Shown: positions 38,451 to 47,554 of the stretch, in pieces
How positions within the stretch are numbered: position 1 is the stretch's first letter
Layout: the number at the start of each line of letters is the position of its first letter
NCBI GenBank assembly: GCA_041650895.1
Contig: JBAZKF010000001.1
Location: 81,685 to 145,684 of the forward strand
DNA: 64,000 nt
Direction of reading: 5' to 3'
Source of the DNA: Patescibacteria group bacterium
Lineage (GTDB): Bacteria; Patescibacteriota; Patescibacteriia; 2-01-FULL-39-33
Translations under genes and position numbers: made by a program
The notes under the pieces: model-generated
Database searches by the model: none
What the model was told of the DNA's origin: nothing
The model's input: the letters and a program-made list of their open reading frames with translations, nothing else

Positions 38451-39824
38451 TTACTCGATTCTATCTAAGAATCCCAAAATCGATTTCTCTAACTCCGGAT
38501 GTCTGCGTATCTTGTCCGCATAGTGCCTTTTCTGCTTATCCGCAGAGTGATACTCGCTGACGATCTCTTGGCGCGCCCGATCCCATTGTTTCTGATCCAT
38601 TCCGGTTTTGTAGATGACCTTGTCTGTTGTGTAGTCGTCATAGCCGGTAATGGTGTCGCCGGGATTCAATCGGTTTGCCGTTACTGTTCCAGGAAACGGC
38701 ACTTCAAAACTGACACGTAACTGGTCGGCTCGAAACGGCAAAGATTCGAGAGCTTGCTTTTCAGCTTCAACATCGGTGGCAGTCATGCCAAGACCGCCGA
38801 TCATGAAATATGCGCGTGTCAGAATTCCAGCTTCGTCGCACAAGCCATAAGCCAACTCAGGATTTCCGGGTCGTTTGCCTCTTTCAGTGCGGACATCAGT
38901 TCGAGCAAATTCCAAGCCCATCATCGCCATAAATATTCCGGCGCGCTTCATGGCCTGCACCATTTCGCGATCCAAATTGAAATCAGGCAGACAGAAAGCG
39001 GGAAACGGACCTCGTTTTTCCATTTGCTGGCAGAGTTCCATTACCCAACCGCGGTCGGCGTTGAATAACGGATTGGCGATGATGTAAACAAGACCCGGTC
39101 CGAATCGTTTATCGAGCGCGCACATCTCATCGACGATATTGGTCGGCGAACGATGTAGGGTCTTGGGCGACATTATCCACGATGAACAATAGTCGCACCG
39201 GCCGTCGCAACCGAATGATCCGGCGATTGTGATACGTTTTGTCGGGTTTTTGATCAGTGTTTCCGGTGGGGCGAAGAGAATTTCATTCTTCGTGAATCTC
39301 GCCATGAACTCCTCAAAACGCAACGGCCACGGCAAGTCATCTAACGGATAAGGAGATTGACAGCCACCAGACAACTCTCTGACTTGAACAACACCTCGTT
39401 TGGCGCTACCAGCAGAGATATCATCCAACAACTGTGGCAATGCTCTCTCGCCTCGTCCCTTTACTACGAAATCGGCTCGTCCCTCTTCAAAAACTACCTT
39501 GGCCATTCTACCGACTCCTGCATGGTATCCGCCGTAAATGATCGGCACCTTCCCCTTGAAATTTTCGGCCACGCGATCGGCCAAAGATTTCGTATAGCTG
39601 TAAGGGAAAAGAGCCACTGCATCACAATCGCCGGCCTTGACGGCGGAGATAATCTGTTCTACTTGTGCGGTATCTTGCCGTACATAGCGAACTGACCAGC
39701 CAGCAAATTGTTCGACGCAAGCCGCAACAAGTTGAGCGCCGATTTCTTCCCGACCGATTCGGGTTTGACCGCTACGATCGGTTACAACCGATAAATCTGT
39801 GTCAACAAAAACAATCGTTGGCAT
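38451..39824 (-). CDS. B12-binding radical SAM protein (class B-like)
   Basis: N-terminal Rossmann-like B12-binding domain. CDGRCDYC (C-x3-C-x2-C) radical SAM cluster motif. 457 aa. GC visibly higher (about 50%) than the flanks. Strong Shine-Dalgarno AAAGGAGGG. Confidence 0.85.
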   Translation of the reverse strand: MPTIVFVDTDLSVVTDRSGQTRIGREEIGAQLVAACVEQFAGWSVRYVRQDTAQVEQIISAVKAGDCDAVALFPYSYTKSLADRVAENFKGKVPIIYGGYHAGVGRMAKVVFEEGRADFVVKGRGERALPQLLDDISAGSAKRGVVQVRELSGGCQSPYPLDDLPWPLRFEEFMARFTKNEILFAPPETLIKNPTKRITIAGSFGCDGRCDYCSSWIMSPKTLHRSPTNIVDEMCALDKRFGPGLVYIIANPLFNADRGWVMELCQQMEKRGPFPAFCLPDFNLDREMVQAMKRAGIFMAMMGLEFARTDVRTERGKRPGNPELAYGLCDEAGILTRAYFMIGGLGMTATDVEAEKQALESLPFRADQLRVSFEVPFPGTVTANRLNPGDTITGYDDYTTDKVIYKTGMDQKQWDRARQEIVSEYHSADKQKRHYADKIRRHPELEKSILGFLDRIE

Positions 39825-39900
39825 AAAACCCTCCTTTCAGTCGAGTTTTGCTAATAACACCTGATGTTTCAAAGAACATCCCTCACATTGGGAATATCCA

Positions 39901-39929
39901 ATTTTAGCAAATATTTATCAAAATGTCAA
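39901..39929 (-). promoter_or_regulatory. sigma-70-like promoter of the radical SAM gene
   Basis: Minus strand TTGACA (39924-39929), 17-bp spacer, TAAAAT (39901-39906). Confidence 0.5.
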
Positions 39930-40018
39930 CCCAAATAAAAAATGTCTGAAATGCGTCAAAAAAAACAGAAATCATAATAATTTCTGCAGTCAAATAAACA
40001 TAAAAATTTTCTTTTACC

Positions 40019-40259
40019 AAAATGCGGTTCGACCCGATATTTTTTCCGGTTCTTTGGCGGTTTTTTAAATCAGAATCAGGATTGGATTTCGTCGGGAAGA
40101 AAATCTGCGTCCGCCTCTGGCGGACAGCCAAAATGCGTTCGAGCTATCTTTAAAATACAGCACCAGAAAGGAATAGTCAAATTTTTCCGCTCCTCGCCAC
40201 CGCAGGCGGCGACCAAATCATACGGAATTTTATAATCAAAAAGTAATTGGCGGTTTTGT
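40019..40259. repeat. repeat block m (40019-40045), P (40046-40065), Q (40066-40160), IRa (40161-40259)
   Basis: m is the reverse complement of 41737-41763. P is the reverse complement of 40542-40561. Q is the reverse complement of 38179-38273. IRa is the reverse complement of 41764-41862 with 1 mismatch in 99. Confidence 0.8.
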
Positions 40260-40338
40260 CTGAATATTAATTCAGGGTAAAAGAAAAATTTTATGTTTAT
40301 TTGTCATTATCAGAATTAAATTATCATTAAAATATCAA

Positions 40339-41899
40339 TATGAAATACTTCATTTACGCTCGCAAGAGCACCGAAGACGAGGATCGTCAGATACTTTCAA
40401 TCGAAGCTCAGATTACTGAGCTAAAAGAATTTGCCGCCAAACCCAGTAAATTTTTCAATAAATCAGCTCTTGAAAAATTTACTGAAATGAGTTATGATTA
40501 ACTCATTGAAAAACTGGAAATTGCCGATTCATTTTTTGAATCAAAAACCGCCAAAGAACCGGGCCGAAAGATTTTCGGCGAAATACTGGCCAGAATAGAG
40601 CAAGGCCAAGCTGATGGCATCCTATCGTGGCATCCAGATCGCTTGGCGCGTAATAGCGTTGACGGTGGCAAGATTATTCATTTGGTTGATAGAGGAGTGA
40701 TAAAGGCCCTCAAATTTCCTTGCTTCTGGTTTGAACCCACCCCGCAAGGATTATTTATGCTAAATATCGCTTTCGGCCAATCAAAATATTTTGTGGACAA
40801 TTTACGGGAGAACGTAAAGCGAGGATTAAGACAAAAGCTAAGGAACGGTGTTTGGCCGTCTTTTGCGCCAGTGGGCTATCTAAACAATGCGAGAACTCGA
40901 GGCATTGATGTGGATACTGTTAAGAGCGACAAAATCAGGAAAGTGTTTGAACTTTACGCCACTGGCAATTATGCGCTTTTGTCTTTAGTTAATTGGTGCG
41001 AAGCTAACGGCTTGACTGGCGGTTATCATCGCAAATTGTCCGTTAATGCGATATTTAGCATGTTACAAAATATTTTCTACCTTGGTTTGATGCGCTACAA
41101 GGGTGAAGTATTTGAGGGCACTCACGAGCCATTAATATCAAAGAAATTGTTTGAAGAGGTGCAAAAAGTGCGCAATACCCGAGCGAGGACACGAAAAAAA
41201 TTACACAGAGAGTTTGCATTTACTGGACTAATGAAATGCTTGTGCGGTTGCTTCATTACCGCAGAAACACAGAAAGGCCACAACTATTATCGTTGTACGA
41301 AAAAACGAGGCGAATGCACTGAAAAGCACTTTTTGCGCGAGGAAGAATTGGAATCACAAATCAAACAATATCTTCAAACAATTGCTTTGAACGACCAAGA
41401 CCAGGAAAAGATTATGATTGAGTTGGACAAAGACGAACTAACAGCCAAAACGCAAGCTCAGACCAATGTTCAAAATCTCAAAAGCGAGTTAGAGAATATT
41501 AATCAGCAATTAGAGAAACTGCTTGATGTCTATTTGAGCGATACAATCTCGACTGACGAATACACCGCTAGAAAACAAAAAATCCTAACTCGCAAGTTAG
41601 AACTTAATGAGAAAATCAAAGATTTTGAACATAATAACTGGTCTTGGGTCGAACCGGCTCGTGAGTTTATTTTATCGCTCAACCAAGCTGATAATCTGCT
41701 ACGAAATTCAGAAAAGTCAGATCTGGCCGCATTTCTAAAAAATATCGGGTCGAACCGCATTTTACAAAACCGCCAATTGCTTTTTGATTATAAAATTCCG
41801 TATGATTTGGTCGCCGCCTGCGGTGGCGAGGAGCGGAAAAATTTGACTATTCCTTTCTGGTGCGCCCAGCTGGACTCGAACCAGCGACCATCAGCTTAA
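40339..41899 (+). pseudogene. large serine recombinase (resolvase/invertase N-domain, recombinase domain, zinc ribbon, coiled coil), disrupted
   Basis: N-terminus MKYFIYARKSTEDEDRQILSIEAQITELKEFAAK carries the catalytic Ser motif. An insertion of about 70 bp with an in-frame TAA at 40498-40500 follows. The frame then resumes as LEIADSFFESKTAKEPG, and a +1 shift in a G4 run (40560-40563) leads into RKIFGEILARIEQGQADGILSWHPDRLARN... (track ORF 40643-41899). The zinc ribbon CLCGCFITAETQKGHNYYRCTKKRGEC is present. The last 42 nt overlap tRNA-Lys. Confidence 0.7.
41737..41862. repeat. inverted repeats m' (41737-41763) and IRb (41764-41862)
   Basis: Reverse complements of 40019-40045 and 40161-40259. 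IRb ends 5 nt into the CCA end of tRNA-Lys. Confidence 0.8.
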
Positions 41900-41933
41900 A
41901 AGGCTGTTGCTCTACCGACTGAGCTATAGGCGC
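41858..41933 (-). tRNA. tRNA-Lys (anticodon UUU), CCA encoded
   Basis: Manual fold of gcgcctatagctcagtcggtagagcaacagccttttaagctgatggtcgctggttcgagtccagctgggcgcacca: 7-bp acceptor stem, D stem gctc/gagc, anticodon loop cuUUUaa, T-loop ttcgagt. Confidence 0.9.
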
Positions 41934-42103
41934 GTAATGTTTAGTATTAAATTGTTTTATCTTTCTTAGTTGCTGTTCGACCTGTCGGTCGAAGTTGCTC
42001 TTCCTCAACAGCGCTGATTTTATGAAACTATTTAATATTATACAGTAAATAATTTCTTTTGGCAAGTCCCTTGTGGAGAAATAAATCAAAACAAATATTG
42101 CTC

Positions 42104-42132
42104 TTGACAAAATATTAAAAATACTGTAAGAT
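42104..42132 (+). promoter_or_regulatory. sigma-70-like promoter of the 42208-44506 operon
   Basis: TTGACA (42104-42109), 17-bp spacer, TAAGAT (42127-42132). About 75-nt leader. Shine-Dalgarno AGGAG. Confidence 0.5.
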
Positions 42133-42207
42133 ATGTTGAAGTTCGTTAAAAGCACTTTAAAACTTAATGTTTCAGATTAGCCGTTAAACAGCCAACCGCC
42201 CAAATCA

Positions 42208-42765
42208 TTGGGCAAAATAGGAGAAAAAGCCATGGCCCCGCATTGTCTGCTACCCAATTGTATACTACTCATCTTCCTTTTTCTTGTTGCCTTGCAAATC
42301 ACGCCGTTTATAATTTTTTGGGCCTGGCTAAGCTGTTCCGCGATCAAGGCATTTGTTACCGACAATAAATCCTGGCACTTGAGTAAAAAACAGGATTGGT
42401 TTCTCTATAACTTTTGCCTATACCGATCTTTTCTTTACGAGGTTGTTAGTTTTACGGAACTTAGCGATGATATTGAGCGTGGCTATCAAGCAATAAAAAG
42501 CACCAACAACAATTACTTGGTTGTTATAAGGGATGTACTTATTATTTATCTTATTAACCTCATCATCTTGGCCATCTCATTCTTTGCCCTAACGGTTATA
42601 TTAGTAGTCGTTACCATAACTTTCCCGATCAGTCTTTATGTTTTCCTGGCCATGTCAGGGTTCGCTTTGATCATTGGGACTGGTTATGTGTCCTTACGCC
42701 TGGCGCGTTTCTTCTATCGCCTGCAAAGAAGGCTGAACATATCCGGAGAAAAAATAAAGTTTTAA
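42208..42765 (+). CDS. membrane protein, hypothetical (paralog A)
   Basis: Three predicted transmembrane helices. C-terminal motif LRLARFFYRLQRRLNISGEKIKF shared with the next gene. Confidence 0.5.
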   Translation: MGKIGEKAMAPHCLLPNCILLIFLFLVALQITPFIIFWAWLSCSAIKAFVTDNKSWHLSKKQDWFLYNFCLYRSFLYEVVSFTELSDDIERGYQAIKSTNNNYLVVIRDVLIIYLINLIILAISFFALTVILVVVTITFPISLYVFLAMSGFALIIGTGYVSLRLARFFYRLQRRLNISGEKIKF

Positions 42766-42792
42766 AACCGCAACCAATTGGGAGGATAAAAA

Positions 42793-43296
42793 ATGCATTC
42801 CTTCATGCCCTTTGCCGGCTGGCTTTTCCTAATGGTCTTTGTCTTGACCCCCGTCTCTTACTACAGCTGTTTGCTTATCAATTGGACTATTCTTTATGTT
42901 AAAGACGAAAAATGGCAAGCCTCCAAAACAATCAGGGATCTGCGTTATTATCTCTGTTGGGAGTGGCTGATTTCTGGAATTCTCGATGTGCTGAACCGAA
43001 CAGAAAATAACTTGCTAGACCTAACAGGAAATAACTATTATGATAACATCTTAAAGGAAGGCATAGACTACTACATCGGAATTCCCTTTATTGCGAATGT
43101 CATTATGTTTATTTTCTTTATTTGCGTTACTCTGGTGAGTCTGATAATTCTTATAGAATTTGGCTTATTCTGGCTCTTAGCAATATTGGGGCTGATACTC
43201 TGTGCCGCGATTTATTACCTTGTTATTCGCTTGATACGCTTCTTCTATCGTATGCAAAAAAAATTAAACAAAAAAGGCAAAGAGGTGGCTTTTTGA
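42793..43296 (+). CDS. membrane protein, hypothetical (paralog B)
   Basis: Shine-Dalgarno GGAGG. Same topology as paralog A. C-terminus VIRLIRFFYRMQKKLNKKGKEVAF. Confidence 0.5.
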   Translation: MHSFMPFAGWLFLMVFVLTPVSYYSCLLINWTILYVKDEKWQASKTIRDLRYYLCWEWLISGILDVLNRTENNLLDLTGNNYYDNILKEGIDYYIGIPFIANVIMFIFFICVTLVSLIILIEFGLFWLLAILGLILCAAIYYLVIRLIRFFYRMQKKLNKKGKEVAF

Positions 43297-43378
43297 GAAC
43301 CGCCGGAAACCAACATATGAGCCAAACCCGTCTTGCGCTCATAGAACTAAACACTGTTATATCGGATAGGAGGCATGA

Positions 43379-44506
43379 ATGACGAATAAAGAAAATCCCG
43401 ATGCCATTACTTTACCAAAAATCAAAGGAGTGGTAGAAATACCCAACTGCGGACTTTATGCCAAGGGTCCGCGAAAATTAAGAAAGCTCTTTGAGTGGCT
43501 AAGCCAATACTACGATATTGAGGACTGTTCCAAGAATGAAAGCTACCCCTCTCCCGGCACTTGGTATGCCAGAATAAAGCCGAGCTTGGTGCATGAATGT
43601 GTCAAATGTAATTGGTGCGGATCCTATATAAACCCAGTGGGAGTCGGTATCCATGGTCATCGTTGCGAAATCTGCAATAAGATAACAATGGAAAGATTCA
43701 CCCATAACGGCACGATCCGTTTCCGTTTCGCAGATGACTGCGATATTTCCGATATTGAAATGAGAATATTCGGCTATGATGACGCTACCGAAAGCATACT
43801 GCTCTATCCGAATATAGTATCAAGCGAAAGATGCTTCATACTTACACAACAACAAGCTCATAAAAAATTCAAAAGATTTTCTGCTAGCTGGCAAGAGGTG
43901 GAACGCAACGGCCAAAAGCTGATCGCCATCCCCAGAAGCAATATTAATTCGGTTGAGATCATAGGCCAAAAAAGACATTATAAAGCAGTCAGACTATTTG
44001 CCGGTAAAGAGTACGATGGTTGGCCCCTCAACGATCTGCCCGTCACTGAGTCATACATGATTTATGAGGCCTGGCGTTGGGCGCCACTTAGGCCATCGCC
44101 AAAACTGCACGAGAGCATAATCCATGCCGCAGGCATGGTCAGTCGAGTTGATTTTTATTATCAGGATGGTCGCCGGGCCTTTGACGACATTCACCTTCAA
44201 CGCATGCGGCGATTTGTCCATCATTTTACCACTCTTGACCTTAATGAGTGGGATCGGATGATCAGCCAAAATGATTTATCCGGCCCAAGCATGATTAGGG
44301 CGATCGCTCGTCTCTGCCACCCCAACGCACAAGTACGAAATAAACCGAACATCAGCAATTTAATTGACGCCACTGCTAAAATCGCTGATGGAGAAAGTCT
44401 TTGTATGAATGAAATGATGGCCGCAGCCGATGCTCTGAAAAATCCCAGAATCTGCAGGGAGTTCATTGATATTATGGGATGTGGTATCAAAATCCAAAAC
44501 ATATAA
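43379..44506 (+). CDS. hypothetical protein with N-terminal zinc ribbon
   Basis: Shine-Dalgarno AGGAGG. CVKCNWCGSY...HRCEICNK (C-x2-C...C-x2-C). 375 aa, no other recognisable motif. Terminator at 44521-44555. Confidence 0.5.
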   Translation: MTNKENPDAITLPKIKGVVEIPNCGLYAKGPRKLRKLFEWLSQYYDIEDCSKNESYPSPGTWYARIKPSLVHECVKCNWCGSYINPVGVGIHGHRCEICNKITMERFTHNGTIRFRFADDCDISDIEMRIFGYDDATESILLYPNIVSSERCFILTQQQAHKKFKRFSASWQEVERNGQKLIAIPRSNINSVEIIGQKRHYKAVRLFAGKEYDGWPLNDLPVTESYMIYEAWRWAPLRPSPKLHESIIHAAGMVSRVDFYYQDGRRAFDDIHLQRMRRFVHHFTTLDLNEWDRMISQNDLSGPSMIRAIARLCHPNAQVRNKPNISNLIDATAKIADGESLCMNEMMAAADALKNPRICREFIDIMGCGIKIQNI

Positions 44507-44666
44507 AACAAAACAAGCACCTTACGGAGCTCCGGCCAAACTGGAGCTCTTTTTAATTTCCGCCTTCTTAATATTAAGAAGGCTTTTTTAATACAAAATT
44601 TTAACACAAAAAAAGCCGGCGCCATAAAGCAACCGGCCCTAACAAAAAGTTTCAAATGAGCAAAAG

Positions 44667-45455
44667 TCAAATGGAAAGGGAGGAACGATAACCGTCGAGC
44701 TGTTCCTTCCAAACCTGAAGGAGTTTTGGCTGAGCCGGTTCTGTTACAAACCATTGAACCTTTTGCCAATACGACAAATAAGGTGACGGATTAAATAGAC
44801 GATCACTAAGAGCTAACTGCTCAATCAATGCCCGGCCATTGGAAAATTCTGCGAATAAGCTATTAACAGCACGGATACCAGTCAGACCCAAATCAGCCCA
44901 AGTTACCAGGATTTCGCCATCACTTGAAGCCAACTCTTTGGCTATAGGCGGAGCAGATTCATCACTCTCAACTAATATTTCAAACATGCGCCGGTTAGGC
45001 AGACGATCGCCTGCCGATACATAACAGCCGTTTGCTGTCGGCCATAACACAATCCCGCACTTCTTAAAATGGATAAAACAAGAAGCACACAAAGAAATTC
45101 GCAAATCAAATTTACTCTTTTGACCTTCCACTAAGCGGAAATTCCACCAATTGCTGGGCAAAAAATCCGAATTATTTTCTTGCGGATTATTATCCACTAA
45201 AGTAAAAATTTCATTATAGCAATCGGGACGCAGTTGCTGCCGAATCCCTAGGGAAGCCAAAACCGCCAGCAATCTATTATCCAATACATATTCTTTAATC
45301 GGTTTGGAAGACGCTCCCGGCCGATCCGAATATAAATAGCCAAACTCCAACCCCTTAAAGGCTATGGCCTTTTGCAGAAGATCCGATTCCGTTAAAGCTT
45401 CTTGACCGACTACCAAAGGTCCGAACATTGGAGGCGAAACGACTTTATTTCCCAT
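44667..45455 (-). CDS. hypothetical protein (262 aa)
   Basis: Long ORF convergent with the preceding operon. No motif recognised. Confidence 0.4.
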   Translation of the reverse strand: MGNKVVSPPMFGPLVVGQEALTESDLLQKAIAFKGLEFGYLYSDRPGASSKPIKEYVLDNRLLAVLASLGIRQQLRPDCYNEIFTLVDNNPQENNSDFLPSNWWNFRLVEGQKSKFDLRISLCASCFIHFKKCGIVLWPTANGCYVSAGDRLPNRRMFEILVESDESAPPIAKELASSDGEILVTWADLGLTGIRAVNSLFAEFSNGRALIEQLALSDRLFNPSPYLSYWQKVQWFVTEPAQPKLLQVWKEQLDGYRSSLSI

Positions 45456-45671
45456 AATCCTACTCCTTTCTATTGTTGTTCAGTACTGTTTAAAGTGCGA
45501 ATTAAACAAAATCTGTCTAATTGTCTGGATAGAGATTACAACAAAGTGGGCAAAAAAGCAAGCCTTTGGACCTAATAAAGTTATACCCCTTGGCGTGTGC
45601 ATAAACTGTCCAAAACTCTTCAAAACCGGTGGTTTGCCAAGGTGGGACAATTAAGGTAAAATGTAAGGGAC

Positions 45672-47069
45672 TTGAATGCCCTAAAGGTGACAAATATGTC
45701 CGACAACTCCTTACGCAAACTGCCGCCGCAAAACCTGGAAGCCGAGCAATCGCTTTTAGGCGCTTTATTGATTGACAAGGATGCCATTATCAAAATCGCC
45801 GATCTCATCACATCCGAAGATTTTTACCAGACGGCGCACGGCATTATCTATTCTGTCATTTTGGAATTGTTTGAACGCAAAGATCCGATTGACATTTTAA
45901 GTTTGAGTAGCCGATTGAATGAATTGGGTAAAATCGATCTGGTTGGCGGACGCAGTTATCTGATTACCCTGACCAACCAAGTGCCTTCGGCGGCGCATGT
46001 CGTATCTTATGCGCAAATCATCCAGAAAAAAGCCACCCTGCGCCGACTGATTGCCGCCGCTTCCAATATTTTGGATCTGGGCTATCAAGAAGACAAAGAA
46101 GTCAACGAAATCCTGGACAAGTCCGAGCAGTCTGTTTTCGCGGTTTCGCAAAAATTCTTAAAAGAAAAATTCACCCACATCAAAGATGTGCTGACTGGCG
46201 CCTTTGACCGCATTGACGAATTGCATCGCGAGAAAGGCAAGTTGCGCGGTTTGCCCACCGGCTTTACTGAAATGGATAACGTTTTAGGGGGGTTGCAAAA
46301 ATCCGATTTGATTATTCTGGCCGCCCGCCCTTCGGTCGGCAAGACGGCTTTGGCCTTGGATATCGCCCGCAACGCCGCCATCCGCCACAAAAAATCCGTC
46401 GGCATCTTCTCGTTGGAAATGTCCAAGGAGCAATTAGTTGATCGTTTGATTTCTGGCGAAGCAGGAGTAGATATGTGGAAGATGCGTACCGGCCGACTAT
46501 CCGAAGCCGGCGAAGATTTCCCCCGTATCGGCCACGCCATGAGCGAATTGTCGGAAAGCAATATTTTTATTGACGATTTTGCCAACACTAATGTCATGGA
46601 ACTCCGCACCAAGGCGCGAAGATTGCAAATTGAACATGGACTGGATTTGATCATCCTGGATTATTTGCAATTAATGGAGGGTTCGGGTAGCCGCCAATCA
46701 TCGGAAAGCCGCGTGCAAGAAATCGCCGAAATATCCCGCGCTCTTAAGGGTTTGGCGCGCGAACTCAATATCCCCGTTTTGGCGCTATCCCAGTTATCCC
46801 GCGCCGTGGAAATGAATAAGCCGGCCATCCCTAAGTTATCGCATTTGCGCGAATCCGGCTCCATTGAACAGGACGCGGATGTGGTTATGTTTATTTATCG
46901 CAAGGCCTCCGACAGGAATTTTGACATCAATTCCTTAACCGAAGAAGAAAAGCACTCGGCGGAAATCCATGTCGCCAAACACCGCAATGGCCCGACCGGC
47001 CTGGTGCATTTGTATTTTGAAGGCAATACTGTATCATTTAAAAATTTAGACAGAAGCTATAATCAATAA
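45672..47069 (+). CDS. dnaB: replicative DNA helicase
   Basis: N-terminus LPPQNLEAEQSLLGALL. Walker A GARPSVGKTALAL. RecA-like C-domain. 465 aa. Confidence 0.95.
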   Translation: MNALKVTNMSDNSLRKLPPQNLEAEQSLLGALLIDKDAIIKIADLITSEDFYQTAHGIIYSVILELFERKDPIDILSLSSRLNELGKIDLVGGRSYLITLTNQVPSAAHVVSYAQIIQKKATLRRLIAAASNILDLGYQEDKEVNEILDKSEQSVFAVSQKFLKEKFTHIKDVLTGAFDRIDELHREKGKLRGLPTGFTEMDNVLGGLQKSDLIILAARPSVGKTALALDIARNAAIRHKKSVGIFSLEMSKEQLVDRLISGEAGVDMWKMRTGRLSEAGEDFPRIGHAMSELSESNIFIDDFANTNVMELRTKARRLQIEHGLDLIILDYLQLMEGSGSRQSSESRVQEIAEISRALKGLARELNIPVLALSQLSRAVEMNKPAIPKLSHLRESGSIEQDADVVMFIYRKASDRNFDINSLTEEEKHSAEIHVAKHRNGPTGLVHLYFEGNTVSFKNLDRSYNQ

Positions 47070-47168
47070 CCGGCTATAAAGTCTGCAAAGTCAATGGTCT
47101 GCTGGTAAACAGAGCCAATAAACCTAAAAAATTAACTTTAATAACTTTTAACTCTTAACCAAACTTAT

Positions 47169-47465
47169 ATGTTCAGTAAAATCAAAGCCATTCAGGATTT
47201 AAAAAATCAAGCCAACACCATCAAAAAAGCCTTAGCTGAAGAAGCAATTGAAGGCCAAGGCGGTTGGGGCAAAGTGAAAATCTCCATGGATGGTAATCAG
47301 GAAGTCAAATCCGTAGTCATTGATCAGGAAATCGTGGGCGATAAAACCAAACTGGAAACGGCCGTCAAAGAAGCGGTCAATGACGCCGTCAAAAAAGTCC
47401 AGCGCGTCATGGCCAACAAGATGTCGCAAATGGGCGGACTCAATATTCCGGGAATGGGCAAATAA
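47169..47465 (+). CDS. ybaB: nucleoid-associated protein YbaB/EbfC family
   Basis: 98 aa. MFSK...QANTIKKALAEEAIEGQGGWGKVKISMDGNQEVKSVVIDQEIV is canonical. Confidence 0.9.
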   Translation: MFSKIKAIQDLKNQANTIKKALAEEAIEGQGGWGKVKISMDGNQEVKSVVIDQEIVGDKTKLETAVKEAVNDAVKKVQRVMANKMSQMGGLNIPGMGK

Positions 47466-47554
47466 ATAAAGAGGCCACACAACAAAACAAATAAAAAAAC
47501 GCTTCACGGCTTTGCCCGCGAGGCGTTTTAATGTACAACATGATTGTGCTTGTA

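Noticed and set aside
39904-40131. 75-aa minus-strand ORF between the radical SAM gene and the recombinase.
   Set aside because: It overlaps the radical SAM promoter and the repeat block m/P/Q. It has no Shine-Dalgarno and no coding character.
38177-41862. Interpreting the inverted-repeat complex as simple attL/attR of an integrated element.
   Set aside because: The repeats are inverted, not direct. They are 95-109 bp long, and one copy lies inside the recombinase coding sequence. Classical att sites would be short direct repeats including the tRNA 3' end, and none was found.
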